Assembly: GCA_002633005.1 (NCBI GenBank) | Contig: NMRA01000084.1 | Location: 234,320 to 298,319, forward strand | Direction: 5' to 3' | DNA length: 64,000 bases | DNA from: Phoronis australis | Lineage: Eukaryota > Animalia > Phoronida | Shown here: positions 49,797 through 63,600 of the stretch, one piece after another | Position numbering within the stretch: the stretch's first letter is position 1 | Layout of the letters: each line of letters opens with the position of its first letter | Program-made: the position numbers and the translations under genes | Notes under the pieces: model-generated | The model's database searches: none | What the model saw: the letters and a program-made list of their open reading frames with translations, nothing else | What the model was told of the DNA's origin: nothing

Positions 49797-50095
49797 TCAT
49801 TCACATACCACGTCTTTCATCTGAGCTCGGCATTCTTTCATTCGTTTTTTCTGTTTCATACGCCTGTTCTGGAACCAGATTTTTACCTGCGTTTCGTTCA
49901 GTCCCAAGGTTGCTGCGATCTCTATACGCCTGGCTCGTGTTAAATACTTATTAAAATGAAATTCCTTCTCAAGTTCGGTCAGTTGTTTGTTTGTAAAGTT
50001 TGTCCGTCCCATATTGGACGCTGCCGACGGCGTCGTGGCGGTATTGGCGGAGTTGGCGAACGTCATAGGATACGTTTCACTGTTCTGTTTGCTCA
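49797..50095 (-). CDS. Hox1: Hox1/labial, exon 2 (homeodomain)
   Basis: Acceptor ctttccag|, phase 1. Encodes [59 protein letters not shown], a paralogy-group-1 homeodomain. Confidence 0.98.
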
Positions 50096-53000
50096 CTGGA
50101 AAGCAGAACACGAGATAAACAGTTAGCAGATTTATTTGAATTTAGAGACACTTGCAATGTTGCGTTGCTTAGTTGTCTTTCAAACCCAAGTCCTGTGGTA
50201 GTTGACCTAGTCTAGAACGACATCTGGAAAAACAGTCTGGACTACAACGCATTATTAAAAAATATCTAAAATAAAACTCCAAGCAATGACGAGAACCCGT
50301 CATTTTAAATAAACTGTTAAACATTTTTTTTCTCTGGAACGGGCTGAACAAATCAAACTTCCACTGTTATGTTAACCCAGAAATATCACTATTGTCATAT
50401 TTCGGCATCATCACATCCATAGGGCTGACAGATTCACATAACACTCCAAATTGCACAGGTTTACAGTCTGTTCACTAAACTGGTTTTGGGAGTTGTTTTG
50501 GTGAGCCTTGCATTTTTGCATCAGTGCAATCGAAAAAAATTACGTAAAAACGCAAGGTAATTTAAGAATTTTAATCTCAGCATTTCAGAGATTTCATCTT
50601 AAATATTCATATCAAAACATGCTTAGTCATGTTCTTAATACCATGGATGTGTTGAAGACCGTATCTTCCTCTTTTGCTGAACATGTACTTAGACGACATG
50701 ATCACGTGACCCAATCGATGACAAACTGGTACAACCTCTAAAAGTAAATTCTATTTGCTTCCTACTTTCAGAATTACGCACTTAGTGGATTAAATTTTAT
50801 GAACGCCAAAGGGTTCTTAAACGAGTAACTTTCTACGCGTAGAAAGTGCTTAATTAACGCGTAGTTTTACTCATTCAACGCGATGACTCAGAAAAACAGC
50901 TTACAAACGCGTCTTCCTGACCATCCAACACAGAAAGCGGACACGGAGGCAGTGAGTTGTGTTTGCGAGTCCGACACCGTGTTTGGCGATCGGTGAGTCG
51001 GGTTCGGCACGCGGTGATCCGTATTTGCAGCCAGTGAACTGAGCTTATCGGGTTCATGAGTCGAAGAAGGATTTTAATGAGCAGTGCAGAGGTGTTGTTC
51101 GGGTAGCCTCGTTATGCTACACGCTTGTACACATGGACCAGCATGCACATGACTTAAAAGTAGGCCTAAATCCAACTTCTGTTTCACATGTTTTCGAGCT
51201 TGGCGTGCGAAGCGCATGAGAGAGGCAGAGAACTTGATAAACGGAGTGAACAGGTAGATTTTTACAATGTGTTCTAAGGCAACCCTTCAATGAAATACAG
51301 ATGTTTCGTAAAATAGCGAGTAAATGGAGATGCTTCTTAGTGTTGCAGTATTGTTGGAACATAGACACTTTGGAGATTATTCATAAAGTCAGAGGTAATC
51401 CCTACGCTTTATTCTGAAGAACATTAAAATGCCAATGATTTAAGTGAAAAATCCGGTAATTTGCAAGGTGAGCCATGTTCTCACGAAATCCTTCTAGAGT
51501 CGATATTAATTCTGCTAGACAGTCCCAGATGCAAAGAAGAACAACTTATTGAATTGTTTCAATTAAAAAATAAGCCAAGATCATGAAAAATCAGAAACAT
51601 TCTCAGTCGAAACAACCCCGCAATATTAATTTACTGAGAGCATGAAAGCATTATCAAGCGATATTTTCGGTGCTGTTTACTAGCTACTTTAAAAGATTCT
51701 GCATTTCATGTTCGGTTCGCCATAGAAAGCGATGTAAAATTGCGTTGTTCACCCTGCACGTGCAATACATAGTTCTCTACAGCACCACTGCGCACGCGCT
51801 ACGCAGGCCCAATTCGAAACCATGGGCTCGTGCATTCTGATTGGAGAACGCGCCTCATATTCAGAAATGATTAGCCCAAATCAATACAGTCTGTACGTTC
51901 ACATCTTTCACATCAGGAGCACAATCGCCTTCTTTGAAACTATCTTCCCCAAGTATTAGCTGTGTAACAGGGACAGCCCAGGCGGCCAGTTCTCAACTGT
52001 TTACAAGCGTTACTCTGAATTCTATAAACATTTGCTGGTTAACCAACACCAACCTATATGTCATGGAAAAGGTCATGTATATTTGACCGACATTCATTAA
52101 TCTTGTGAAGCCACACAGTCAAAGCTACATGTAACCTCTGTTCACTGAAACTGTGTCAAGCCTTTCTCATCGTTTTGGGACGCCGATTTTCTTTTGTACT
52201 GTGTGATTTTTTAAACAATCATGAGTTTGTCGAGTAGTGTGTGGATGTGTTTGTGTGCGCGTGTGTGTTTGCGTGCGTAGCCCACGTACCTGAATTTTTA
52301 AATTCCATTTTTGTGGTCGTAAGCGTTTTACTTGGTTCTGTCCGATTATAAAATATTAAACTGTATTTGGAAACGATAATAGTTTAGCAAAATATTCAGA
52401 AGACGATTTCACTTAACGCCACATAAAGCAAAACCCTTCAAAACCGCGTGGTTCCTTCCAACGGGGAACAAATCAAGTGTTTTTAATTTTGTTGAGAGTA
52501 TTTCAAAAGCAAGTTGTAAAACTACATTATGGCATGAACATTAACAATTTACAAATTTAAAAACCACAAAAGTATCAAAGGGATGTTGTGAACTGTATTT
52601 TCAAATCTGTTGTACTGTATAAAAAGTTTAAAAACAGCTGTCGCTTTCTTCCCGAAACACGACACATAATTAGACCATCCACACAAATGATGGTGAATGA
52701 ATGTATTCTCACATGCTTGCATATTGAGATTGAAATTAAGCATTTCAGAGAATGAATATTTCTTTGTCACGATTTCTTTAAACCGGTTTCATTCACTAGA
52801 CTCGCATGGCGTAATTACAAGCCCAGTTTGTTGCGTGGCAGTTGTACTTACGATAATAAGCGGTGTTGTTTTTAAAGTTACAACTGAGCGTCATTGGATG
52901 ATTGAGTGCTTAGCAAAATGTGAAATATCTCTGTTAATTATAGCCACTGTCATGGATCGGTTATGAGAATGTCTAACGGTGAAATTATATCATGTATTAA

Positions 53001-56000
53001 CCTTTACCCAACCATCACCGCGACAAGATTCCCACGAGCCTTTTGTATTCAACATTAATATCAATGATTTTATATTAAAAAAACATCAATATTTTTTCAA
53101 ATTAAAAAAAAGTTGTCTGTATTTATTTGCCAGCGTACAGAGGCGATAAATCTGACTCGTGTGTTTCTTCGTCGTATTTATTTCCAGATCTTGTAACCTT
53201 TTACACCGGCTTAAGTGAGCGTTTAAAGCGATTACACTCGAAGCGTTTAACTCGTACAAAGAAAAAGTGAAACCCTAAACTGGTCATGATATTGATAATA
53301 CATGCGGCATTTTTGATGTGTGTTTTGAAAAGACAGGTGTTTTGTGTTCAAGTTACTGGATTTTACGGTTTAATTTCAAATACCAGTGGTTCATCGACAC
53401 CGCACTATCTGTAAACTTGTGAACTCAGACAGAGGCATTTGTGATACCAGGCAGTCCTACTCTGGTTTTCGTCATTCAAGGGCATTTTAAAATAAAAATG
53501 AGGGGTTTACTTTCGACCTCCTCAAGTAATACAGTGCATTTATAAATTGGCAAAATCTCGAATTAAACTATCACAAACTATGTCAATACTTACTAGCCGG
53601 AAAAACTTCCGTTTCATACAAGTGATGTGAGTGAATACATAAAAACACTTTTAAATAAACAATTAAACTTAAGTTGAACACGTTTCCCTGTTTTGAACAT
53701 GTTTACGACGTCTGCTGACACACTTCCGAACGACATTCATTCACGGAATGACACCCCGTATGATACGGCGGTGAGCGGTTATTTCCGCTGAAAGAGTGAC
53801 GAGCATTACACAAAAGTTCAATGAAAAATAATGCACTACTTTCGACGTTATCAGGAAATTCAGAAACGACCAAGGCTTGAAAGTGTTCCAGAACAAACTG
53901 ATCGAGAAGTTGGACGAGGTGCTGCAGTAGGGTCGATGTAATCATGAATTGACCTGTTCGATATCGTTGAGGCACCAGTGTTCAGACTAAGTGTGGAAAA
54001 TATTGAGCAAAAATAAAATGTAAATTACGTCCTCGATTTAATAATTTGAGCCTTGGCACCCATCTTCGCACATTGCGTCGCATTGTAAATTTTTCGTCAG
54101 GAGAAACTTCACGCAAAATCGCGGCGGTGGGGTTGGGGGGGGGGGGGGGGGGNGAGTACTATACTGAAATTGATACATTAGCGGACGCCTTCTTCTTTAG
54201 TCACAGAAGGTTTCAAAATGAGTCGGGTACACAGATTAGAACCAATGGTGTTTCTTACCTTAGCTAAGAAATGTGTTAAATGTCACAAAATAGTTAAATT
54301 CCTAACCTTCGGCAAGGTTATAAGGCTTGTATTTTTTCAATTTCGAAATTGAAGAACGTGGCAGTGTGATTACTGACCTTTCCGTAGTTTGTGAAACACA
54401 CCTAAGTTCGACATATGTATGTTAGCGCAACAGTTCATGAGGAAGTTCAAATTCAACTGCATGGTATTAACATACATTGAATACATACCTGTTATACTGG
54501 CGAAATGTTTGAACAGCCGAATTATGTTTTCTAATCACGGGAAAACTCACACCCAGTTTAATCAGAATATTCTCATCTAAAATTGTAATTATTTTGATTA
54601 AATCTACTATCGATTGATACACGAATTTGTTGACAACAGTTTCAACTACTGAAATTTTTCGAGACAATCGAGCTGTACGCAACATGATTTAATGAGTGAA
54701 ACAACTTCAACGCTTCCTTGAAAAATTAACAAACGCAGACCAATTAAAAATTTCATGAAATTTCGCAACGAATCATGTTCTTCATAACAAATATAGTACG
54801 GACAAGATGGTTACATTTAGCTTTTACTCTGATTCACGGACATCAGTGGTTCGTTCCTCAACAAGACACTCAATACCACAGCTAATTAAAGAACAACGGT
54901 TTAATTAGTCATTAAAAAGCGTAATAACACCGCAAGTTTGGAAGTCATCGTTCTCAAAAAGAATTAAACCGGCAGACGCCGCAGTTTAGTCTGAACAGGA
55001 TAAAAACACGAAGTCAATGTAGGTGACAGCCAAACATATGTTGGGTTTGCCAAACAAGCAACGACAGCGCTTAATTAGCTGGACGTTGCATGAAATATAA
55101 TATGGAAATGTTGCCAGCTTTTAGCAAAATTAACCTCTTGTAGCTAGTGTCGAGGGAATTGGCCGTCTCTGCCTCAGATGCATTTAATTTTCTGTTTCAA
55201 ATATTAGATGAATTTAATTTTAAAGAAGTCCTAAATATCTCATGAATGCGACATGTTCACAGTAGCACATTTGGAATGAATTCTCGCATGATTGCGCTCG
55301 ATTCAAATACAACCCTGCGTACCGTACAGCGTTGTGCCTAGAAGAAATGACACAGCTGCAGTTCTACAGTTTTCCCCAACTTGTGATCCGTGACATTCAA
55401 CTGATTTTATAACTTTACGAAGACTTAGACGGGGAAAAATGCGATAAACATCGCATTTGGTACATATCTATACGTGCTTCGCGCAATTTCCCTAAACATT
55501 TTTTGCCAACTGGCGTGATTTGATTTCACCTTCGTAATCTTGGCGGGGCCCGTGTACGCGTGCAGGGCACTGTATGGTCGTGGTATCGTTGTCAATAATC
55601 GAATTAAGATAACGTTTCCAAGTGAAAGCGATCCTTATAGGTAGCCTAGCGAGCGTTCAATTATCTTCAGAAAACATTGCGGCCTAACTAATTACGCGTG
55701 TAGAATAGTAAACGTGATTAGCCAATAGACGTTTATTGTATGCATTGCGGTGGTTTATCAAACAACGACTTGCAGTATCTGCAACAACAGCCTCATAAAT
55801 AGCGACCCTTTTTCCTCAAAAATAAGTGTAGACCTAAGGTTAACATGGAGTAGTTTGACAGCAGTTCGTGTAGCACACATAATTTGAAATTGTAAACAGA
55901 CAACAAACACTGTCGTGTGTTAAGCCAATTCTGCAGATATCGGACAGTGAATGTTACTTTGTGAAATGAATTCTTCCAATTTTTTGGAACTAAAGTCGAA

Positions 56001-58292
56001 AAGACACAATCGCAGAAAATATAATGATAGCCTAAATTAATGAATAGGACGTTTCGCAAAACCAAAGTGCTCATTATTTTTAGTTATAATATTTATGTTG
56101 TTGAGACTTTGTGAATTATCCATTTAGCTATTAATATACCTAATTACGGCAATGCTTGATTGAAAAAATCAACAATTACAAATTTGTTACGGAAAGATGA
56201 GAAATATTCTTTTCGGATGACAGCTTATGAAATTATAGGATTAATGAATTAGTATACGTGAAACGAGGGTGACACAAGTGATTGTTTTGTAAACCATTTT
56301 CAAAAAGACATTAAAATAAAATTTTTGTTTTTATTGTCAAGAGAACTAGAATGTAAAATTTCAAGTAAATTTCGTCCTAAATGCTGCGAAATAATTGTCA
56401 AAGATTTAATGGAAGTGTAGAATGCGAATATGGCGTATGGATATAATAATTTATAGAAATCCCGGAGAGGCCTCGCTCGCTTAGCAACTCAGACAATTCC
56501 CCCCATTCAACCTTCTTTGATCTTAACTCATCCGTCATCGAGTTTGACAGAAGTGTTTCAGGGACTGCAAAAATAACATGCCACACAAAAACACTCTGCG
56601 CATCGACACTGAACATAAAAATTTGATTTCTTCATCATACACACCAAGCGTGTCGGTGTGGAAAACAAGATAGCGCGAACTTAAATTACCAAGCTTGTGA
56701 ATAAGTTAGTATTTAGACAATTTAACCTGACACATTTTTAGCATTAAAATGACTGGCCCAAGTAGCAGTGAAAGGAAAGTACTACATCAGGTCACAAGCC
56801 GTATTAAATAAGTATTTCGTAATTTAAACAACACATAACACAGACATAGGCAAAATATGCGAAAATTAATTTCAACAAATTAAAACAAAAGTTTAAATTT
56901 AAAGTTGATGAATTATGTTAATATTTCATATCTCTAATTTTCTAACGGAATTATTACGAACCCTTGCAATGCTGAAATACATACAGTGTACAGAAAGGGC
57001 AATAGTTATAACTATACAAAATATACACGCGTGATTAAACAAGTTACGAAACATGACAAAATATACATTTTTACACAAGTGTTGGCAAGTTGATAATGCT
57101 CTGACGAGCTGTGCTTCAACACTGATGACGCTCTTGAGATAAGACTAATAAGTGTACATACTTCACTGCGGAAATCTAATATCTATAGCATACAGTCCTA
57201 GATATTTAAAGTTAATTACATGCCCTGTACATTCTACATTTTACTAGACAAGGGGAATTAGCAAACAAAACTGCCATCATTCTATCAAAACATAAAAATG
57301 GCAACTATTCGATTTAAAACGACAACAGCCAAGAAACGTCCAAAAAACAATAAGATAATATTGTAAATTCAATAAATATTAAGTAAGCCCATTTTGAAAA
57401 ATATTAACTTTGCATTGGAACTGTCTTATTGAGGAAGTTGTGGCGAAATTGCGAACAAATTTACCATAACTGTTTAAAAATATGTAGTAACTGCTCCATT
57501 TAGAAAAACAAAACATCGGCTACATAAAATGCGTTTTATTTCTAGGGGAATAAAATGTTGCACGACAATTTTTAACCCATAACTGGTATGGAGGTCGATT
57601 TAGTTGTAAGTGACCTTCACCAAATTCAAGGAAATTCCCTTTATAATACGTCTGCGTAATATGCTTGAAACAAAGACGTGTATCGGGTATAGCCCCTGAT
57701 TATGGCGCACTGGCGTCCGACGGAGAATAAAGAACAGCAAACATTTAAGAATTGGATTAAGTTACGCTGTGTTTGTTTTGTACGTTCTAATGCGTTAAGC
57801 TGTTGATGTTCCAAGGTACAACGGACGAGGCCAAACATGCTGTTAAACATATTGTTGACTGACACCAAGTTTGTGCAAAGGTAAAGGGACGAATAAAACA
57901 AAAAGACAGGCGACTGCTGCTGGGTATGCGTGATCGGGTGGGAGAAATGTCTAGTTGACGGTTGTTTAGTACCTATTGTTTAGTACAGCGTGCGAAGGTC
58001 TTGACGGAACGGTTTGTATATCTTTCATTTGAGGAACATTTCTGAATGCCAAATTTTCTGCGGCACATGAGAGTGAAACGTTGCCTTCTACGTGATTTAT
58101 TTCTCAGAGAGTTGTTTGTCAACTGGTAAATTGGAATTTGCATTAGACGTAAATATGCAATGTTTGCCGAACTTATTCTGTCGTTTTCTGCACTTGGACC
58201 AGACATTCGCATGTTGACCTGTAATCGATAGCTTTGTCGAGCCACCCGGGTTGAGTGAATATTTTACAGGGCAAACCTGCCTGCAACCTTAC

Positions 58293-58833
58293 CTGTCTTT
58301 GAGTTGTTTCTTTTGACCTGCATCCACTTAAAAGGGACTGCCTGTGAATTTTCTCGACCGTCAATGCTGTCGGGAGTCTTAGGCTGGCTTGTGTACGCCC
58401 CATAGCTGGGATCGTACGGGTGTCTCAATGGCGGGGCACCGTTACTCTGGCCCAAACAGTCTGGAAACGTGTAACGCTGACTGCATGAGTCAGGATTTAC
58501 TGGATAATGTACTGCTCCGGTTTGGTAGGGCGACTGATACGGACCCGTGTGCTGCGGAGAGCCCCCAGCGTGCCCGGCGTAGTTTGGTGTCCGGCTATGA
58601 CTGTTCCCGTTGACAGCGATCTGGTGGCGATACGATACGTCCGGTGAGTGAGATTCGTGCTGGTTGAGATTCAAGTTTTGACTAAATGATGACAGACGAG
58701 TGTTGTCAAACAGAGCGGAGTGATAGCCGGCGTATTGCTCGGCCGAGGCGGCTGCATCGTGTTGTAGGCCCGGTCCCGTGGAATACGTGTTGTTGTCCAA
58801 GTTACATATGGTATAATCACCGTCCAAATTCAT
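58293..58833 (-). CDS. Hox1: Hox1/labial, exon 1. Full CDS 840 nt, 279 aa; intron 50096-58292 (8197 bp)
   Basis: N-terminal MNLDGDYTICN resembles the PG1 N-terminal motif (EYxxCN type). Hexapeptide FKWMQVKRN. Donor ACAG|gtaagg is phase 1, matching exon 2. Confidence 0.95.
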
Positions 58834-58854
58834 AATTTACGTACTGTCCGACCG

Positions 58855-59200
58855 GATAAATGATGGATCACAAATTAGCTGTCGATGTCGGAGATAAATC
58901 TAAAATAAATGGTAGAAGCAGGTTCACGTCACCTCGCAGATCACGTGGCTTGTCCGTCGACCAATCAGCGCCTCTGTCGGGAAGGAAAAACTCGTAATCA
59001 CGATGATGGATGGGCTACACAGAAGTGGGTGACTACATCTTTTTAAGAAGCTAAAACAGTTAACTATACACCCAAGTACTGACTTCTTCATCAAAAGTAT
59101 CCGGTTGCCTGGGACACTTGTCAAGGCTTCGTCTTTTTGGACGATGTATTATAGTTCTCCTGGAAATGCTTTCGGTACTCCGCGGTTGCCATGGAAACTC
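58855..59200 (-). promoter_or_regulatory. Hox1 proximal promoter / 5' UTR motif cluster
   Basis: TGATGGAT 58861-58868; CRE-like CACGTCA 58925-58931; E-box CACGTG 58942-58947; CCAATCAG 58961-58968; TGATGGATGGGC 59004-59015; RFX-like GTTGCCATGGAAAC 59185-59198. Confidence 0.65.
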
Positions 59201-60494
59201 GTTTCTCCCGCAGCCATCCTAGACGAGGTAATATGTATTCAGGAATGATTGGGCTGGTGGTGACCTCCGTAATTTTAACTGCTAAAAGGTATAGTCGACA
59301 GCTGTGCGTATGACAACAATCGCTCAGTTAACTGCGAGTTACATAACGTTGGGATATGGATAGTCATCCGGTGGTGAGATTCATTACCGGGTTGCAGCCA
59401 GCACCCGCCTCAACAATGTGTCTCAGGTTCTTGTAAATTGGACAGCTTAACTTACGGGACACCTGTTATTATAGGCAATATCATCATGGTGTTGTGAATT
59501 CGGAACGGATTGGAATCATCAGAGTTTTCTTGGTTGGAGAAAAGGATCACGCGGTCCCCCTTCGTTCTCAAAAATTTGCGTGACCTTGTTAGAAGTTAGT
59601 GTTGCGAGATACATAGAGTTATCAATGAAAGCTTGAGACTAAAATTGCTGAGCATGTCTTCAAAAACCCTCCATTTTTAAGTTTGGCATCAAGATTTGGA
59701 CCTTCAGTTCTCACACCTGGTTACTCTTCAAAATATTTTACATCCGGGCCCGCATTGTATGAATGTCGTTGCTGCTCTTCTCTCCATGTAGGTACGCAAG
59801 ATCACGTGCTTGTGTGCGTTGCATGGCCATGTAGTGCGTAAAATTGCGTGAACTTGCAATTTTCTTGCGTTTAGGGAACACAGTCCTGGATAACAACAAT
59901 GCCGTTACGCTGTCGCCGTATTTCGGACTCCAGCAGGCAACCGGCTCTGTGTAAGCCAAAATTACGTTCAACATCCTGACTGCCTCGACTTCCATATTTG
60001 GAAAGTCACTTGAGTTGACCAGCCTGATAGGTGTCGTTACTTTCGCATTTCTTATTCTGTTCACAATGGATTGTTCGAATTATAAGCAGCATAATACCAT
60101 GACAGGTGCACAGTCTGTGGGATATGGTTTGCAGCAATGTTGAACATTTACTACGAACCTAGGACTATGATGTTACTCCCAGCTACGCGCTATAATGCGA
60201 AGTGCAGTGTACGCGGAGAGTCAGCTTATAAAGTTACGGTTTCTTGACGGTGACAGATTATCGCGACGCAGACCCAACGGTATTGCTAAGGTATTGTAAT
60301 ATTCGTTGCGGGAAAAATATGGCAAAATTAGCAACTTTTGAACAAAATATTCCTTGCAAGAAATGGAATGCATTCACAGCCTTAAAAACCTCCAACCCTG
60401 TGCTGTACGTTATGGAGATGGGCGCAAAAATAATTGTTTTGCAGCAAGTGTCACCTTGACGGAACGTAAAGATTTGATAACGCATATGGTTAAC

Positions 60495-60660
60495 CCACTC
60501 CGCCACAATTGGTTTATTATACATCAAAGGGAATATGCGCGATCCAGTGGCTGTCAGTCAAAACCACGCGTTGTTCGATGTAATAAAGTGTAGAATAAAA
60601 TTAGCAATTTATTGAGGTCACTAAAGAGGAGGCCGTGGATGTGGTCACAGTTCAGGGAAT
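60495..60660. promoter_or_regulatory. Candidate Hox1 upstream enhancer
   Basis: TCF site ACATCAAAGG 60521-60530; Pbx-Prep/Meis decamer TGACTGACAG (minus strand) 60551-60560; Cdx-like TTTATTA, GTAATAAA and TTTATTG; nuclear receptor half-sites at 60615 and 60642-60654. Confidence 0.45.
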
Positions 60661-63600
60661 GCATTACTATTGGTATTGTTATTGAAAAAATGAGCGGGTT
60701 TGCTGAATTAAAAAGTAGGCGAGGAATGCCCGCGGATAGGTCTGACTTAACTTGGTAAACAATGATATTAAACATCAGCTATCAACAATATGACCACTTC
60801 ACAATACTGTTGCTCCCCTAACTAAAATAAAAGTACAGTAAAAAAATATTTCCACTACATTCCTTAATATGTTTGTCTAACAGAGTTATTTATAAGAATA
60901 TTTATATACAAGAACTGATGAATTTTAGATATTTATTGGCTGGCTTTGCTTAATAAAATGTTAGCCTTTAAAAACAAAAAATAACATGATGGTGTTATTA
61001 GCGATGCGGGATGTTGGTGGGGTTGTTTTTAGATTAGAACTGAGCTTTTGTTGATCGCTTTGTCGGTAGACGAAAATAAAAGAGATAAAGTCTCAGTTTG
61101 GCACATCTACTACAGAGTAGGTATTTTAAACATTCAGCAGCGCCACGCTTCCCGTTCAAGACGCGCCTTCTTCAACGAAAACAATCACGCTCGGGGGACT
61201 CTCATAGAAGAGGTATGCCAACCAGAAGAGTGACCTCTTCACGATCTGTTTTCCTACTACGGGGCGTGACGTCGTTTCTGACCAAATTTCCTCCCAGAGA
61301 GCGCCTTTTCTGACGGAGTTTCCTACAAAGGGGTTCATTTTACGAGTTCAACACTCAACGAGAGGTCACTTTTTCCAATTACACAGAGGAGTTTTTAAAT
61401 ATCTATATTTTAAAATTTTTGTTCTCATTTTTGACAACACGGCATCTCTTCGTCGTTCAGTCGTCCAAGGATCCTTACAAAGGGTTTAGGTTTATGGGCT
61501 TAACACCTACAAAACGGTGGCGTGTCTGGAACGAAAATATATTAGGCGGGTACTCAGTCCCACTTACTTGCATGTACTGCAAAACAATTTATTATTAATA
61601 GTAACCGGCAACTTATTTTTTTATATTTTAGGGTTGTGGTGGTATTACGTGGTGGTCAGTGAATAGAACAAACGATGTATCAGAATCTGGAATATCACTC
61701 CGGAAGTCGCGTAATCCGTCGGTAAATGTGTATTGGACGACGATGTCTCTCTATTGTCAGAAGTTACAAAAGTTGAGAGGCTGTTATGGCACGACATCGT
61801 TTGTCCAGTACGCTTCAACTGCACTCAGATGGATGCTCGGTATATGTCAGCATCGATTCGCAGCCAGAAGAAAAAATAAAAGCAACCATTCAAACTGTGT
61901 TCCACATAATTTGAATGGTGGCATGGCACAATTCTCGATTAACATCGGCCGTAATTGAAAGTTAGAGGTCTATTTGCATCAAGCATAAATTAAACTTTTC
62001 TAATTTTGTACATCTTACATAACAGAATGATACTCTCCGACTTGTATCAGACGTCAATAAAAGAATACAAAGTTCTCATTGACTGACTCGTCCCTCCAAC
62101 ATCGTATTTCGGTCATTTGTTATAAATATTAATTTGAATTATATCTGCCAAAAACATACATGTAGTATGATAAAATGGAATGTAGTGATATATAATATAT
62201 CACTACTTTAGTGAATTTTGTCAGAAATCAACCATTTAGTTCTGACTGCCTATTGGCTGCGAATAGCGTTCGTCATTTTTGTCACACATATTTCTCATTT
62301 GCGTTGCGATGAGTCAATATTATGATATGAAGGTCAAGGGTGATTACCATCAGCAAACTGAGATAGCCATGGAATATATCACAAAATATCTGTGATAAAT
62401 GTTTTATTTTGTGGTCTTCTCTCCAAATATAACTCGACCCCCCCCCCCCTCCCCCCCTCCACTCCTTTGCTCAAGCGTTTGATTTCTTCCCTCTTTGGAA
62501 AGATATTCCTTGTGAAGTCAAGCGTGTACAGATGAGTCAGTAACGACTGTGGTCAGTACCCCTGTGATAATGTTACCAGATATGCACCATGATCCTGAAA
62601 CGCACGTACCAATATACGTGATTTATTCTACGTTTGTTGGCACAAACAGTGTCAAGGCGTAATTTCTCGATTCCATCATGTAAAATGCTTTTATAAGGAC
62701 CATTCTCGGGGAAAAAAATCAACTATTCAGAAAGTATGGCCGTTAAAAAGTGGCGTTTTTACGAAAATGTGTATGATCATAACACGTTTTATATTTATTT
62801 ATACATATATTCTTCGTCCGATCGCGTGATTGGTATTGAACAACGGAAAGCACAGCGGGTATTGCTGTTTGAGTTTACTGTTACTAAATTTGAAATACTG
62901 AGTGCGTTTTAATTGAAATGTTTAACGGTAAACTAACGGTAAACTGAAGTCCCAATGTTTAATTTCAGAAACTGTAGTTTGGGAAGTTACAAGTGAAACT
63001 TTAAGATCTAAACGTTCAGTAAAAATACGTTCAGTTTAATACATAGTCGAAATAAGAAGAAAATACTCAACGTCCATTTCCCGCGGCGCATTCTGGCATT
63101 GACGACTAGGTTTGCCGGGTTATGATATCGCCGACTAAGTGTTTGCATACTGAACCCATGGATCGTGAATTTATCGTTAAGCGGTATCGAATACGAATTC
63201 AGCCATATTCCAAAATTATGCGGACTCATAGCTATAAACTAGGCCACTAGCAGGGGATACACCTCGAAACAACGACATATCTTCGCAAATGTGTTCCTCC
63301 GTTGAGTTTTATGAGTTTATACGATCAAACTCGGGCTGGAAAATGTTCTGGGCTGAATTCCTTATTTTGCCGGTACGTCCCTTCATTTTTTTCTGAGCGA
63401 TATCGGTTTGTCGTTTAACGAGTTTATTTGCTAAGACATTTGTTCCCCCGTGGCGCATCAATGTCGCGCTAGGCTTGCACCCTCTTCCACACGGAGTGGA
63501 CAAAACGCCGCAAGGTATCGGAAGAATAAAAGTGGTTCTGACATTGATTCACAAGAGTCTTGACCTAATTAAATGTATCTGTTGATCGAGTACATACTAG

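Noticed and set aside
54126-54154. G-quadruplex-capable G run (and C run at 62438-62460)
   Set aside because: Homopolymer length is unreliable, with an N inside the G run, and there is no independent support.
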